Positions 1-9,173 of a DNA stretch of 32,000 bases are shown here, piece by piece. Origin of the DNA: Calditrichota bacterium (GTDB lineage Bacteria > Zhuqueibacterota > Zhuqueibacteria > Zhuqueibacterales > Geothermadaptataceae); contig QQUE01000014.1 of assembly GCA_008501765.1 (NCBI GenBank), forward strand, positions 141,299-173,298, given 5' to 3'. The position numbers and the translations under genes are program-made. The first letter of the stretch is position 1; each line of letters starts with the position of its first letter. The notes below the pieces were generated by a model. It was not told the DNA's origin, searched no databases, and saw only the letters and a program-made list of their open reading frames with translations.

Positions 1-38
1 CATGCGTTCAGCAGGTAAAATTTATACAATTTGGGGAG

Positions 39-3000
39 TTGATCATGAACTATTTAGGTATTGATGTGGGATCCGTATCCCTTGCCTATGTTTTAATTGA
101 CGAAGCAAACCAGATTCTACAAAAGGGGTACACATTTCATCGGGGAAATATCCTTCAGAGCATCGAACAGGAATTGGCAGCCATCGATTTTCAATCTGTC
201 GCCCAAATGGCCTATAACCACAGTAGTTCCGGATTTTTTAGCAAAGGGATAGTTGCGAACGAGCAGGTTGCTGCCATCGAAGCGATCAAATTTTTGAATC
301 CGGATGTTCGCAGTTTATTCTCTATTGGTGGGGAAACTTTTGGTCTCTATCTCTTCAACGATCAGGGCAATTATCAAAAATTCATTTCAAATTCTGCCTG
401 TGCAGCTGGAACCGGATCGTTTCTCGATCAGCAAGCTGAGCGGCTGGGATTGGCTGATAGTGCTGAACTCAGCGATTTGGCCGAATCCTTCACAGGCACG
501 CCCCCGAAAATAGCAACGCGCTGTGCTGTGTTTGCCAAAACCGATCTCGTTCACAATCAACAGCAAGGGCATTCTCTGGCTGCCATTTCTGCAGGTTTAT
601 GCAAAGGCATGGCCCAGAATATCGCAGACACACTTTCAAGCGGGCTTTTACTGCATAATCCGGTTATGGCCATCGGTGGCGTAAGCAGAAACAAAACTGT
701 TATGCATCATTTAGAGCAGCTCACAGGTAATAAAATCATTGTCCCGGATGATGCGGAAATCGCTCCTGCCCTGGGTTGTGCGATTATGGCCGCAACAGAT
801 AAACGACTTATCGCACCATTAAAAATCGCATCAATTGATGATTTAACAAATCGCACTGTTAGCGAAAAATCCTATTTCTTTCCGCCGCTGGAATCTGAAC
901 TAGGCGAATTCCCGGATTTTGATTCACACACACATTATGAGTCGGAAAATGTGGAAATCGATATTTACCACTTGCCAAAAAATCTGCGGGAAATTTCGGT
1001 TTTTATGGGTATTGATATCGGTTCGACAAGCACAAAAGCGGTGCTGCTGGAAGACAACGCGAATGCAGAAAATATTCTCCTCGGATTATACACACGTACG
1101 AAAGGACAGCCGGTAAAAGCTGTTCAGGCGTTGCTCCGCGTCTTGCGCGAAATTGAGGATGAACACGGATTGCATTTTGATTTCCGGAGTGTCGGAACCA
1201 CCGGATCAGGTAGAAAATTTGTGCAGAAAGTCATCAACGCAGACCTTGCTGTCGATGAAATCACGGCCCATGCCCGGGCTGCCATCCGGTTAAATCCCGA
1301 AACCGATACGATAATTGAAATCGGTGGTCAGGATGCAAAATTTACGGTACTAAAAAATGGGCAGGTCACCTTTTCGGTGATGAATTACGTCTGCGCCGCC
1401 GGCACAGGCAGTTTTATCGAAGAGCAAGCCAAACGCCTGAATGTACCGATCAATGAATACGCCCGCCGGGCTGTGGGGGCACGTTCACCACTAACCAGCG
1501 ACCGCTGCACGGTTTTTATGGAGCGGGATTTGAATCATTTTCTCAGCCAGGGTTATGGAAAAAATGAACTCTTGGCCGCAGCTCTGCATTCCGTGCGCGA
1601 TAATTATCTTTCCAAAGTTGCCCATCTCAGTAAAATTGGCAATGTCATCTATTTCCAGGGTGCGACTGCAAAAAACAAAGCATTGGTGGCAGCTTTCGAA
1701 CAGAAATTACAAAAGCCGATTTTTGTCTCGCGCTACTGCCACCTGACAGGAGCGCTTGGCGTTTGCCTGATGCTGCAGGAACAGCAATCCGGGAAATCGC
1801 AATTCCGCGGCGTGGATTTTTATAAGGAAACACTGATCGTAAAAGACGATGTCTGCGAACTATGCAAGAACCACTGCAAACTTAAAGAAATCACCATCGC
1901 CGATGAAAAAGTGGTGTGGGGTTATTTATGTGGGCGCGTGGAGGAAGACACAAAACCCAAAGCACGCAATCAATCTGGTTTCGATTTACTGAGCCGCCGC
2001 CGGCAGATATTCCGCCCTCCTTCCAAAAAAGAAAAATTGCCAGAAAAAGAATGTATTTCGTTATTGGAAGAAATCAAACAATTTGATTTTGAAGCTTCGG
2101 TTGAAAAACTAAAACAACTTAATTTTGATGTCTCGCTGGAAACCCTTTCGCGTTTTGAACTGGAACAGAGTTTGGAAAAATTAAAGGAAAATTTTAGCCT
2201 GAATTTGCTCTATTTGCGCCACAAAGTCCTTAGCGGCCATGTGCCTGAAATACAGGCAGTGAAAATAAACAAAGAAATTATCATCGGCCTGCCGAATGCC
2301 TTGTATATGCTGGAATATCTTCCATTTTGGCGATTTTTCTTTTCTCTTCTCGGCTATTCTGTTGTGACTTCGGTATTTAAAGAAGATTATTTGAATAAAG
2401 GCAAAGAGATCAGCGGGGCGGAATTTTGTGCACCAATGTCCAACTGGCATGGCCATGTCCACAGTTTGGCGCAGCGATGCGATTATCTGTTTCTGCCACA
2501 CATGCTTCTGGACGGGCGCACCGACAAACCCAAGTTTTACTGCCATTTTTCCAATTATGCTTCAGCCGTGGTCCAAAACCTGGAAAAATTTCCAATCACG
2601 CAGGAAGTGATCGATCCTTTAATCAATTTTTCGAAACCGGCTCTGGATAATATCAAAGCAATTTATGAAAGTTTTCCGGATGATTTACGCACCGCACAGG
2701 CTCCTAATGATATTCAAGTAGCTTACCACCAGGCCTGGAACTGGTTTAGTGAAAGACGATTAAAGTTGCAGGAAATCTTTACCGAACAGCACGATCCACA
2801 AACCGATCTTTCTGTCGTTTTTTTGGGACGGCCCTATATCATTATTGATCCGGTGATGAATAAAAACATCCCTCGTATTTTTAACGATCTCGGCGTGAAA
2901 ACCTTTTTTCAGGATATGATTCCAGCCCCGGATGTGGCATCCGGGAAACCGGGAAAAGAACTGGTCGACTGGAATCACTGGAAATTTGGCGATTCAATTT

Positions 3001-4472
3001 TACGGACCGCCGAGTTCGTGGCTGAAACACCGGGTTTGTACCCCGTTTTTCTGACAGCATTCAAGTGTGCTCCGGACGCATTTGTGCTGACATATTTTAA
3101 AGAGATTATGGATGCCTATGAAAAACCCTATCTGATTTTACAATTGGATGAGCACGGTTCCGGTGTCGGCTATGAAACGCGTATCGAGTCAGCCGTTCGT
3201 TCTTTTCGCAGCCAGTTAAAGTACAAACAGCAAAGCCCACAACATCCGGAAGATAAAAAAGTACACCGCCAGCCCTATGAAAATGGATGTGTGCTGATCC
3301 CTAATTTTGATCCGCTGGTCAGCGGCCTGGTCAGCAGCGCTTTTGAACAAGCGGGGTATGACGCCCGGTTAATTGAGGAGTCCACAGACACAGTGACCTC
3401 CAGTCTGCGCTTGAATGATGGCCAATGTTTGCCGATCAGTACAATTGTGCAGGGAGCCGTTGACATGATTAGGAAATACAACCTGCAACCACAGTCTACT
3501 TCCCTCTTTATAAACGCAATTACCAATATGGCTTGCAATTTCCCCCAGTACCCGCTCATGGGGAAAAAACTTTTGGAGCAGCGTGGTGACGGACTTGAGA
3601 AAGTGCGAATTTTCGCCACTGAATTTGATATGCGCAGCTTACCCTATGAACTCTTATTTGATGTTTACAGCGCTTACCTGCTCGGAGGTTTTCTGCGTAA
3701 GCTGGCATGCAAGATTCGGCCCTACGAAATTGTTCCTGGCCAGACAGATCAGACTATTGCGAGGGGGCACGACAAGCTTATGCAAACAATTAAAATGGGC
3801 TTGTCCAAGGAAAATGCATTTAGACAAATAGTTCAGGAACTTGGAGCTATTCCAGTGACGGAATCGTATGGCAATCGTCCCAAAGTCACAATCATCGGTG
3901 ACATGTACGTACGCGACAACGATGTTTTTAATCAAAACCTGGTGCGGGATTTGGAAGCGAATGGCGCGGAAGTTATTACAACTCCTTTGAGTTATATGGT
4001 ACGTATGATGGCAGAAATGCGATATTATGGTCTGAAGGTGAACGGGCAATATTTGAATTTAATGCGTAATAAACTTTTAATGGAAGTGCTGGAGTCTATT
4101 GAACGCCGTCATTTTCAAATTGCGAACACGGTTCTAAGAGAAAAATTTCCGGTTTATGATCAGACAATTCTGGACCAGTTAAAAAAATACAAGATATCCT
4201 TGAGCCATGGCGGGGAAACGGCGCAGAATATAATCAAAATATTCAGTATCTTGCAGCATGAAACAAATATCTCGATGATCATTCATGTCAACCCGATTTT
4301 TTGCTGCGCCGGAATGATTAGCGAAGCCTTTTTTAATGCGATTGAAAAGGATATTGGTATTCCAATTATTTCAATTACTTACGATGGAACATCCTCCAAA
4401 CGCAATGATATGTTGAAGCCATACCTTCATTTTATAAAGAATAAAGCCGGTAGAGCTGAAAATTTTGTATAA
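39..4472 (+). CDS. Large fusion protein: two BcrAD/BadFG-type ATPase (acyl-CoA dehydratase activase) modules followed by a 2-hydroxyacyl-CoA dehydratase-like / DUF2229-like C-terminal region
   Basis: Uninterrupted 1477-aa ORF. The activase/ASKHA signature occurs twice (LGIDVGSVS ... CAAGTGSF near the N-terminus; MGIDIGSTSTKAV ... CAAGTGSF about 320 aa later). A Cys cluster (CELCKNHC ... LCGR) follows the second module, and the long C-terminal part resembles dehydratase D-component-like proteins. The track start is TTG at 39. ATG at 45 (MNYLGIDVGS), preceded by GGGGAG, is the more likely start. Confidence 0.8.
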   Translation: MIMNYLGIDVGSVSLAYVLIDEANQILQKGYTFHRGNILQSIEQELAAIDFQSVAQMAYNHSSSGFFSKGIVANEQVAAIEAIKFLNPDVRSLFSIGGETFGLYLFNDQGNYQKFISNSACAAGTGSFLDQQAERLGLADSAELSDLAESFTGTPPKIATRCAVFAKTDLVHNQQQGHSLAAISAGLCKGMAQNIADTLSSGLLLHNPVMAIGGVSRNKTVMHHLEQLTGNKIIVPDDAEIAPALGCAIMAATDKRLIAPLKIASIDDLTNRTVSEKSYFFPPLESELGEFPDFDSHTHYESENVEIDIYHLPKNLREISVFMGIDIGSTSTKAVLLEDNANAENILLGLYTRTKGQPVKAVQALLRVLREIEDEHGLHFDFRSVGTTGSGRKFVQKVINADLAVDEITAHARAAIRLNPETDTIIEIGGQDAKFTVLKNGQVTFSVMNYVCAAGTGSFIEEQAKRLNVPINEYARRAVGARSPLTSDRCTVFMERDLNHFLSQGYGKNELLAAALHSVRDNYLSKVAHLSKIGNVIYFQGATAKNKALVAAFEQKLQKPIFVSRYCHLTGALGVCLMLQEQQSGKSQFRGVDFYKETLIVKDDVCELCKNHCKLKEITIADEKVVWGYLCGRVEEDTKPKARNQSGFDLLSRRRQIFRPPSKKEKLPEKECISLLEEIKQFDFEASVEKLKQLNFDVSLETLSRFELEQSLEKLKENFSLNLLYLRHKVLSGHVPEIQAVKINKEIIIGLPNALYMLEYLPFWRFFFSLLGYSVVTSVFKEDYLNKGKEISGAEFCAPMSNWHGHVHSLAQRCDYLFLPHMLLDGRTDKPKFYCHFSNYASAVVQNLEKFPITQEVIDPLINFSKPALDNIKAIYESFPDDLRTAQAPNDIQVAYHQAWNWFSERRLKLQEIFTEQHDPQTDLSVVFLGRPYIIIDPVMNKNIPRIFNDLGVKTFFQDMIPAPDVASGKPGKELVDWNHWKFGDSILRTAEFVAETPGLYPVFLTAFKCAPDAFVLTYFKEIMDAYEKPYLILQLDEHGSGVGYETRIESAVRSFRSQLKYKQQSPQHPEDKKVHRQPYENGCVLIPNFDPLVSGLVSSAFEQAGYDARLIEESTDTVTSSLRLNDGQCLPISTIVQGAVDMIRKYNLQPQSTSLFINAITNMACNFPQYPLMGKKLLEQRGDGLEKVRIFATEFDMRSLPYELLFDVYSAYLLGGFLRKLACKIRPYEIVPGQTDQTIARGHDKLMQTIKMGLSKENAFRQIVQELGAIPVTESYGNRPKVTIIGDMYVRDNDVFNQNLVRDLEANGAEVITTPLSYMVRMMAEMRYYGLKVNGQYLNLMRNKLLMEVLESIERRHFQIANTVLREKFPVYDQTILDQLKKYKISLSHGGETAQNIIKIFSILQHETNISMIIHVNPIFCCAGMISEAFFNAIEKDIGIPIISITYDGTSSKRNDMLKPYLHFIKNKAGRAENFV

Positions 4473-4618
4473 CGCATTTGAGCAGAATATGGTTTGGCCA
4501 GGACTGAAACTCCATTATTCAAACATTAAATTTTCATAATTTGTAAGCCATCTTTTTCAATTGGTCATTAAAATGATCTTTCCCCCAGCGCCTCCGCCAA
4601 ACAGGAAATGCTTTTATT

Positions 4619-4697
4619 GGCCACAGATTAACACCGATGAAACACGGATTTTTTAAACCCGATAAAATCTGTGTTCAATCAGTGTAAATCAGTGGCT
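4619..4697. repeat. Imperfect 32-nt inverted repeat ('stuttering palindrome') built from reiterated CAC(A/G)GAT-like units
   Basis: The left arm ggccacagattaacaccgatgaaacacggatt (4619-4650) matches the reverse complement of the right arm aatctgtgttcaatcagtgtaaatcagtggct (4666-4697) at 25 of 32 positions by hand count. The loop is 15 nt and AT-rich. The element lies in the 547-bp non-coding gap after the activase gene. Confidence 0.6.
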
Positions 4698-5019
4698 GAA
4701 GTTTCTTCAATTCAATATTTGCATTGCATCTTTATTTTTTATGGCATTAACGGAAAGTCTTGCGCTGGAAGCGCATAGTTTTAAACTAGCGCGCAGAAAC
4801 AATAAAAAAACGGTGCCGAGTAGAACAGCGTTACCGGATGATTTCGGTTGGATTTTATCTGAGTTGGCTAATAGTTGAAATTAGTTGCCAAGCAAATCCT
4901 GGGAAAAATCGTTATTTGTTCGTACGAAAAAAATGGTTAAATTGGAACACAACCTGAATTCATTTGGTTAGCTATCAGGCTTGATACGAAAATCAAATTT
5001 TTATTATTTGAGGTGCCCA

Positions 5020-5694
5020 ATGAAAACTTTGATAAAAATGCTCGTTCTCTTCATTCTACCTTTTACCCTACTCGCCCAAATCCCACACATCACAACACCT
5101 CTTGACGACATGGCCAATCCAGCTGTTTACCGGCAAGGTAACAATATGTATTCCCCTGCTCAGCGCGCCCTGATTCAAGGTGAATTTATTGGATTTCAAG
5201 GCGGAATTGGCACTTACGGTGCGAACGGGCTTTTTCAGAGAGAATGGGCAATACACGAAGATTTGCACCAGGCCTTTGATATGAATTTATACTGGATTCC
5301 ACGCGATGAATATGGCTATTGGGCATCTCGCAGCAGCGTCACACTCGCCAGGGACAACGCCATGCTTATCCCCATTTTTTGGAGTGTACGCAAAAATGTT
5401 TACCGCGAATCCCTCAATTCCGAACTAATCCCCTACCTCGAAGCTGGAGCCGGGCCATTACTTGGCATTCGTTTTCCGGCAAACTACGTTTTTCACGAAA
5501 GCATTCTAAAAGCCACAACCGTCATTTCTGTTGGTGGATTTCTCGGCGCTGGTTTTAACTACGCCATCGGTGAGCGTGGGGCGGGCAATATGTCCGTGCG
5601 CTACAATATTCTCAAATTCCCCGAAAGAGTAGGCCGCCGGGATGACTACAGCGGTTTTTCAATTATGTTTGGATATATAGCGGCCTTCGACTAA
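5020..5694 (+). CDS. Hypothetical secreted protein, possibly outer-membrane associated
   Basis: ORF 4981-5694. The internal ATG at 5020 gives a classical signal peptide (MKTLIKMLVLFILPFTLLAQ). The rest is rich in Gly and aromatic residues with alternating hydrophobicity. I recognise no family motif. Confidence 0.55.
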   Translation: MKTLIKMLVLFILPFTLLAQIPHITTPLDDMANPAVYRQGNNMYSPAQRALIQGEFIGFQGGIGTYGANGLFQREWAIHEDLHQAFDMNLYWIPRDEYGYWASRSSVTLARDNAMLIPIFWSVRKNVYRESLNSELIPYLEAGAGPLLGIRFPANYVFHESILKATTVISVGGFLGAGFNYAIGERGAGNMSVRYNILKFPERVGRRDDYSGFSIMFGYIAAFD

Positions 5695-5720
5695 AACGAA
5701 ATTATAGCTGTTCGCTTTTT

Positions 5721-5760
5721 GCTATTAGCGTTTGGAAAACAATTGCCAAATGCTAATAGC
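5721..5760. terminator. Long hairpin between convergent genes (terminator-like, non-canonical)
   Basis: gctattagcgtttgg-aaaacaattg-ccaaatgctaatagc forms a 15-bp stem with one G-U position. It sits between the stop of the + gene (5694) and the stop of motB (5774). The T5 run lies 5' of the hairpin on the + strand, so neither orientation has the usual 3' U-tract. Confidence 0.35.
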
Positions 5761-5773
5761 TATCAGCAAAATC

Positions 5774-6415
5774 CTATTTGATAATCAAACTCACCCGCCG
5801 GTTGGCCTGCAATCCCCTGTTCGCCCCGATTTCGTCAATACGCAAACGGGTATCAGCATATCCCAGCGCAACAAAACGCTTGGGTTGCACATGTTTATTA
5901 ATCAGGTAACGAATCACATGCGTCGCCCTGGCTGCGGATAATTCCCAGTTGGATGGATAATCCGACTTTTTACTTAATGGCACCGTATCCGTGTGCCCTT
6001 CAACTTTTATATTCCGGTTGGCTACTTTTTCACTGTTTAAAATATCCCCGATTCCTCCCAAAATCGGAAAAGCGCCTTGCTTCAAATCAGCCTTGCCAGA
6101 GTCAAAAAGTATTTTATCCTGAAATGTGAGAAGCAATCCATCCGCGGTTAAGGACACCTCAACACTTTCCTGTAAATCATGCTCGGTAACCAATTTATTA
6201 ACCACTTTTTCTAACTCGTGTAGGGGCAATTTGTCACTCTTGCTAAAATATTCCATAATGGCTTCAAACTTGGCCTGATCCACCTGGGATATCGCAAAAA
6301 ACAGGACGAAAAAAGCGAGCAGCAAAGTCACCATATCACTGTAAGACATCATCCAGGCTTGGTTGTCCTTTGCGCGCGATTTCATTATTTTGTCATGAGG
6401 TAAATCGATTCGCAT
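5774..6415 (-). CDS. motB: MotB-family stator subunit with an OmpA-like peptidoglycan-binding domain
   Basis: The N-terminus SYSDMVTLLLAFFVLFFAI carries the conserved Asp just before a single TM helix. The C-terminal domain has the OmpA/MotB motif (GHTD ... NWELSAARA ... NRRV). The start lies 2 nt after the motA stop. Confidence 0.85.
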   Translation of the reverse strand: MRIDLPHDKIMKSRAKDNQAWMMSYSDMVTLLLAFFVLFFAISQVDQAKFEAIMEYFSKSDKLPLHELEKVVNKLVTEHDLQESVEVSLTADGLLLTFQDKILFDSGKADLKQGAFPILGGIGDILNSEKVANRNIKVEGHTDTVPLSKKSDYPSNWELSAARATHVIRYLINKHVQPKRFVALGYADTRLRIDEIGANRGLQANRRVSLIIK

Positions 6416-6417
6416 AA

Positions 6418-7260
6418 TTATGCCGCCTTTTTAAACAAGCCCTGTTTCTTTTGTAATGCCCCTTTGCCTGCGACTTTCATCAGTTTTTTACGCGAACCGG
6501 CGTTTAAATATGCCGCCAGCTTGTCGCGTGCAAAAATATAATTTTTCTTATCATAAATGAGCAAGATAGCCTCGATTTGCAGTGTTTCGCAGAGTAAATT
6601 CGTTTCGGCCTGTTCTGCAATCTTTCCGCCGATCGGTGCAAAAATCATATTGGCGAGAATCAATCCATAAAAAGTTGTGATAAGGGCAATGGCCAGGCCG
6701 GAACCGACATCAGACGGATTGGTTTGCAGTGTCAGTAACATATTTATCAGGCCGATCAGGGTTCCAATCATACCAAAAGCCGGGGCCGTTTGGGACATCG
6801 ACATAAACAGATCGCGTTGTTTTAACTCCCGGGAAACCTGCCATTTAACCTGATCTTCGAGCGTGGTTTTCACTTCTTCGCGTGTGTAGCCATTGACCAA
6901 CATTTGCAGGCCGTCTTTGAAAATCCACAGACCACGAACGTTTTTAAACTGAGCTTGCATAGCCTGAACACCATCGCGCTGCCCGATGCGAATCGCAGTC
7001 ACCATTTTATCGATAACATCGATATAATTGACCCGGCCCGAGCGGAAAATGATAAAATAGGACATGAATCCGCGAAAAACCTCCCGCGACGGATGCGAAA
7101 TAAAAGTTGCAGCGATCGTGCCGCCAAAAACGATGGCCACACCCTGCCAATTGAGAAAAACTTCCGGTGTTGCTTGCCCTGAAATAATTCCATAAGCAAT
7201 TAATGCCACACCTGCCATGACGCCTAATAATGTAAACACGGCTACCCTTTCTATTTTCAA
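6418..7260 (-). CDS. motA: MotA/PomA-family proton- or ion-channel stator subunit
   Basis: Four predicted TM helices with a roughly 100-aa charged cytoplasmic loop between TM2 and TM3, which is the MotA topology rather than ExbB/TolQ. Conserved prolines are present in TM3 (APAFGMIGT) and TM4 (FAPIGGK). A MotA-like C-terminal helix is also present. Confidence 0.85.
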   Translation of the reverse strand: MKIERVAVFTLLGVMAGVALIAYGIISGQATPEVFLNWQGVAIVFGGTIAATFISHPSREVFRGFMSYFIIFRSGRVNYIDVIDKMVTAIRIGQRDGVQAMQAQFKNVRGLWIFKDGLQMLVNGYTREEVKTTLEDQVKWQVSRELKQRDLFMSMSQTAPAFGMIGTLIGLINMLLTLQTNPSDVGSGLAIALITTFYGLILANMIFAPIGGKIAEQAETNLLCETLQIEAILLIYDKKNYIFARDKLAAYLNAGSRKKLMKVAGKGALQKKQGLFKKAA

Positions 7261-7268
7261 TTTAATTT

Positions 7269-7985
7269 TTATTCTTTGTAGCGTGCGACCAGCCCTTTTA
7301 ATTCGTCCAGCTCGGGATTAATTTTCAAAGCATTTTCCCAAGCACGAACGGCTTCATTCACCTCACCATTGACAAAATAAATTGACCCGCCGAGTGAATA
7401 GGCTGATGCTGTTTTTTTCTTTTCCAAACTGGAATTCAGAATTTTTAAGGCCTGATCGTATTCATTTTTATAAAAAAGTTGCTGTGCCAAATTGATATCC
7501 TGAATGATGTCGTCGGTCAAATCTTCACTCGGATCAAAAGGGGCAGCATTGTACGGTGAAGTTTTGGTGCTGTCTTTGGGGCCTAATTGCGTCAACACAT
7601 CATCCCCTTTTTTCACCTCCCACGTGCCATCGGGATGACGTTTCAAATCAAGATCAATATTCGTCGAAAGCGGATCGAGCACCATTTCGATATCCGTGTC
7701 TTTTTGATAAAACTTGACACTGATATAAGGATAACTGGTTGTCTTTTTAAGTTTTGCGCCGTCCAGCTCTGTCACGATCGTGGTTTCACGCTGTTTTTTC
7801 TCCGCCCGGATTGTAGAGTCCGCTTTTTCTTCGATAGCCATTATTTCATCTGGCGAAATCTCGGACGCATCGCCGGGGTTCGCGGGAATTTCCTTTTTCA
7901 CCGTGGCATTATTCCCCCCACAACTTAAAAGTAGGGTGGCCCAGGTTATAAATATAATTTTCACAAAAAGTTGTTTTAATAGCAT
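7269..7985 (-). CDS. TPR-repeat lipoprotein
   Basis: The track ORF extends to 8057 and overlaps the upstream gene. The ATG at 7985 gives MLLKQLFVKIIFITWATLLLSCGG with a lipobox (LLSC). The C-terminus has TPR-like helices (YDQALKILNSSL ... EAVRAWENALKINPE). Confidence 0.7.
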   Translation of the reverse strand: MLLKQLFVKIIFITWATLLLSCGGNNATVKKEIPANPGDASEISPDEIMAIEEKADSTIRAEKKQRETTIVTELDGAKLKKTTSYPYISVKFYQKDTDIEMVLDPLSTNIDLDLKRHPDGTWEVKKGDDVLTQLGPKDSTKTSPYNAAPFDPSEDLTDDIIQDINLAQQLFYKNEYDQALKILNSSLEKKKTASAYSLGGSIYFVNGEVNEAVRAWENALKINPELDELKGLVARYKE

Positions 7986-8013
7986 TTTATCATCCTGTTT
8001 AATAGAGCCAATA

Positions 8014-9162
8014 TTAAAATGAAAGCTGCAACAGCATGAGTTCATATTGCATGCCACTGATTTTCAGATTGAGTTTTTCACCGCTGGATTTTACTTCCTG
8101 AGATTCAAACTCTTTGCCGAGCACCATGCTCACGCCGGCCGAAAATGAAAATCGTTCTGTGAAATCTGTCCGCAAACCAACACTGATACTGGAAATATCC
8201 GGCATTTTCATGGCGAAGTGCCGCGTTAATGCAAAATAGGCAGAAAGCCAGTCAGAGCGGTTGCTTTTACGATTTTCGATCAGCGTCGAATAAAGCATCG
8301 TGCGCACATTGTAGGAAACAGGGATCGAGAAACCACCGGTGCGCGAAGAAGTCCCGTAAAAGCCTGTTTTCGTGAAAGCCGTGCCGTTCAATTCCAGACC
8401 GTCTGTGAGAAATGCCAGTCCAATTCGAAACTCGTAGCGCAAACGGCTTTTTTCCCAACGATATTGGTGCACACCGTAATAAATAGTTTGGTGTTTTAAC
8501 TGATTTGTCGCTTTGGCGTGAATTAAGGTATCACCGGCCGGTACATCCCATTCGATCGGAAAAACTTCCAGCCCGGCGATGAGTGATTTCATAAACGGAT
8601 TCGGAGATGGTAACTCGGGATCGTCCACATAAGCTGCAAATGAGCGTGACCACACGACTTCACTGGTGCCCACTTTGTTCAATTTCAAATCCAGCAGCAT
8701 GGCTTTTCCCGGCAAATAAGTAACGGCGCCGTCCATAAAAGCATCGATTCGCAGGCGTTTGCCTATTTTCCACAATTCATGTGGCGACGGCAATGTATTA
8801 ACGATGCGGAAGCTGCTATCTGTGGAGGCAATTTTCATCGTGTTCATTTCGGGCAATGAAACCATTGCCGGCATTTCCAGATTTCGAAAAATTTCTGCAA
8901 TCCGTGCTTCAAAGTGGGTTCGCAATGCGGGTGGGATATAGCGTTCATCTACCTTTAAATGATACACCGCAATACGCTCAAGATCTGTTCCGACTTCCGG
9001 GGCCGCTTGCGCCACTTGAACAAAAATATCTTCCATTAAATTAAAGAGGAGACTTTTCTGCACCTTTTTATTCTTTTCTTGGCCCGGAAGTGGTGCGGCA
9101 AAACCTAAAATGAATACAATGAAAGCGACCAAAAATCTGTTTAATCTGCATTTATTGCCCAT
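8014..9162 (-). CDS. Signal-peptide protein: periplasmic alpha/beta module (CsgG/LpoB/FlgO-like pattern) plus a C-terminal outer-membrane beta-barrel
   Basis: Signal peptide FLVAFIVFILGFAAPLPGQ. The N-terminal half shows the pattern RIAVYHL ... GKRLRIDAFMDGAVTY ... LLDLKLNKVGTSEVVWS, which parallels the CsgG-family protein at 11799-12725. The C-terminal half has amphipathic beta-strand periodicity and ends in the OMP signature ...LLQLSF. Confidence 0.55.
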   Translation of the reverse strand: MGNKCRLNRFLVAFIVFILGFAAPLPGQEKNKKVQKSLLFNLMEDIFVQVAQAAPEVGTDLERIAVYHLKVDERYIPPALRTHFEARIAEIFRNLEMPAMVSLPEMNTMKIASTDSSFRIVNTLPSPHELWKIGKRLRIDAFMDGAVTYLPGKAMLLDLKLNKVGTSEVVWSRSFAAYVDDPELPSPNPFMKSLIAGLEVFPIEWDVPAGDTLIHAKATNQLKHQTIYYGVHQYRWEKSRLRYEFRIGLAFLTDGLELNGTAFTKTGFYGTSSRTGGFSIPVSYNVRTMLYSTLIENRKSNRSDWLSAYFALTRHFAMKMPDISSISVGLRTDFTERFSFSAGVSMVLGKEFESQEVKSSGEKLNLKISGMQYELMLLQLSF

Positions 9163-9173
9163 GATTTTCTCTC

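Noticed and set aside
5774-7260. MotA/MotB pair as a Zorya (ZorAB) anti-phage defence system
   Set aside because: ZorA proteins carry a very long C-terminal tail and are accompanied by ZorC/ZorD or ZorE. This MotA is a compact 280-aa protein with canonical MotA topology, and the neighbours are a FliG-like protein, an OMP and a TPR lipoprotein. No nuclease or helicase genes are present.
7986-8057. Extended start of the TPR lipoprotein ORF (MACNMNSCCCSF...) overlapping the upstream gene by 44 nt
   Set aside because: The extension encodes a Cys-rich peptide that precedes an otherwise perfect lipoprotein signal starting at the ATG at 7985. Starting at 7985 removes the overlap and leaves a 28-nt gap.
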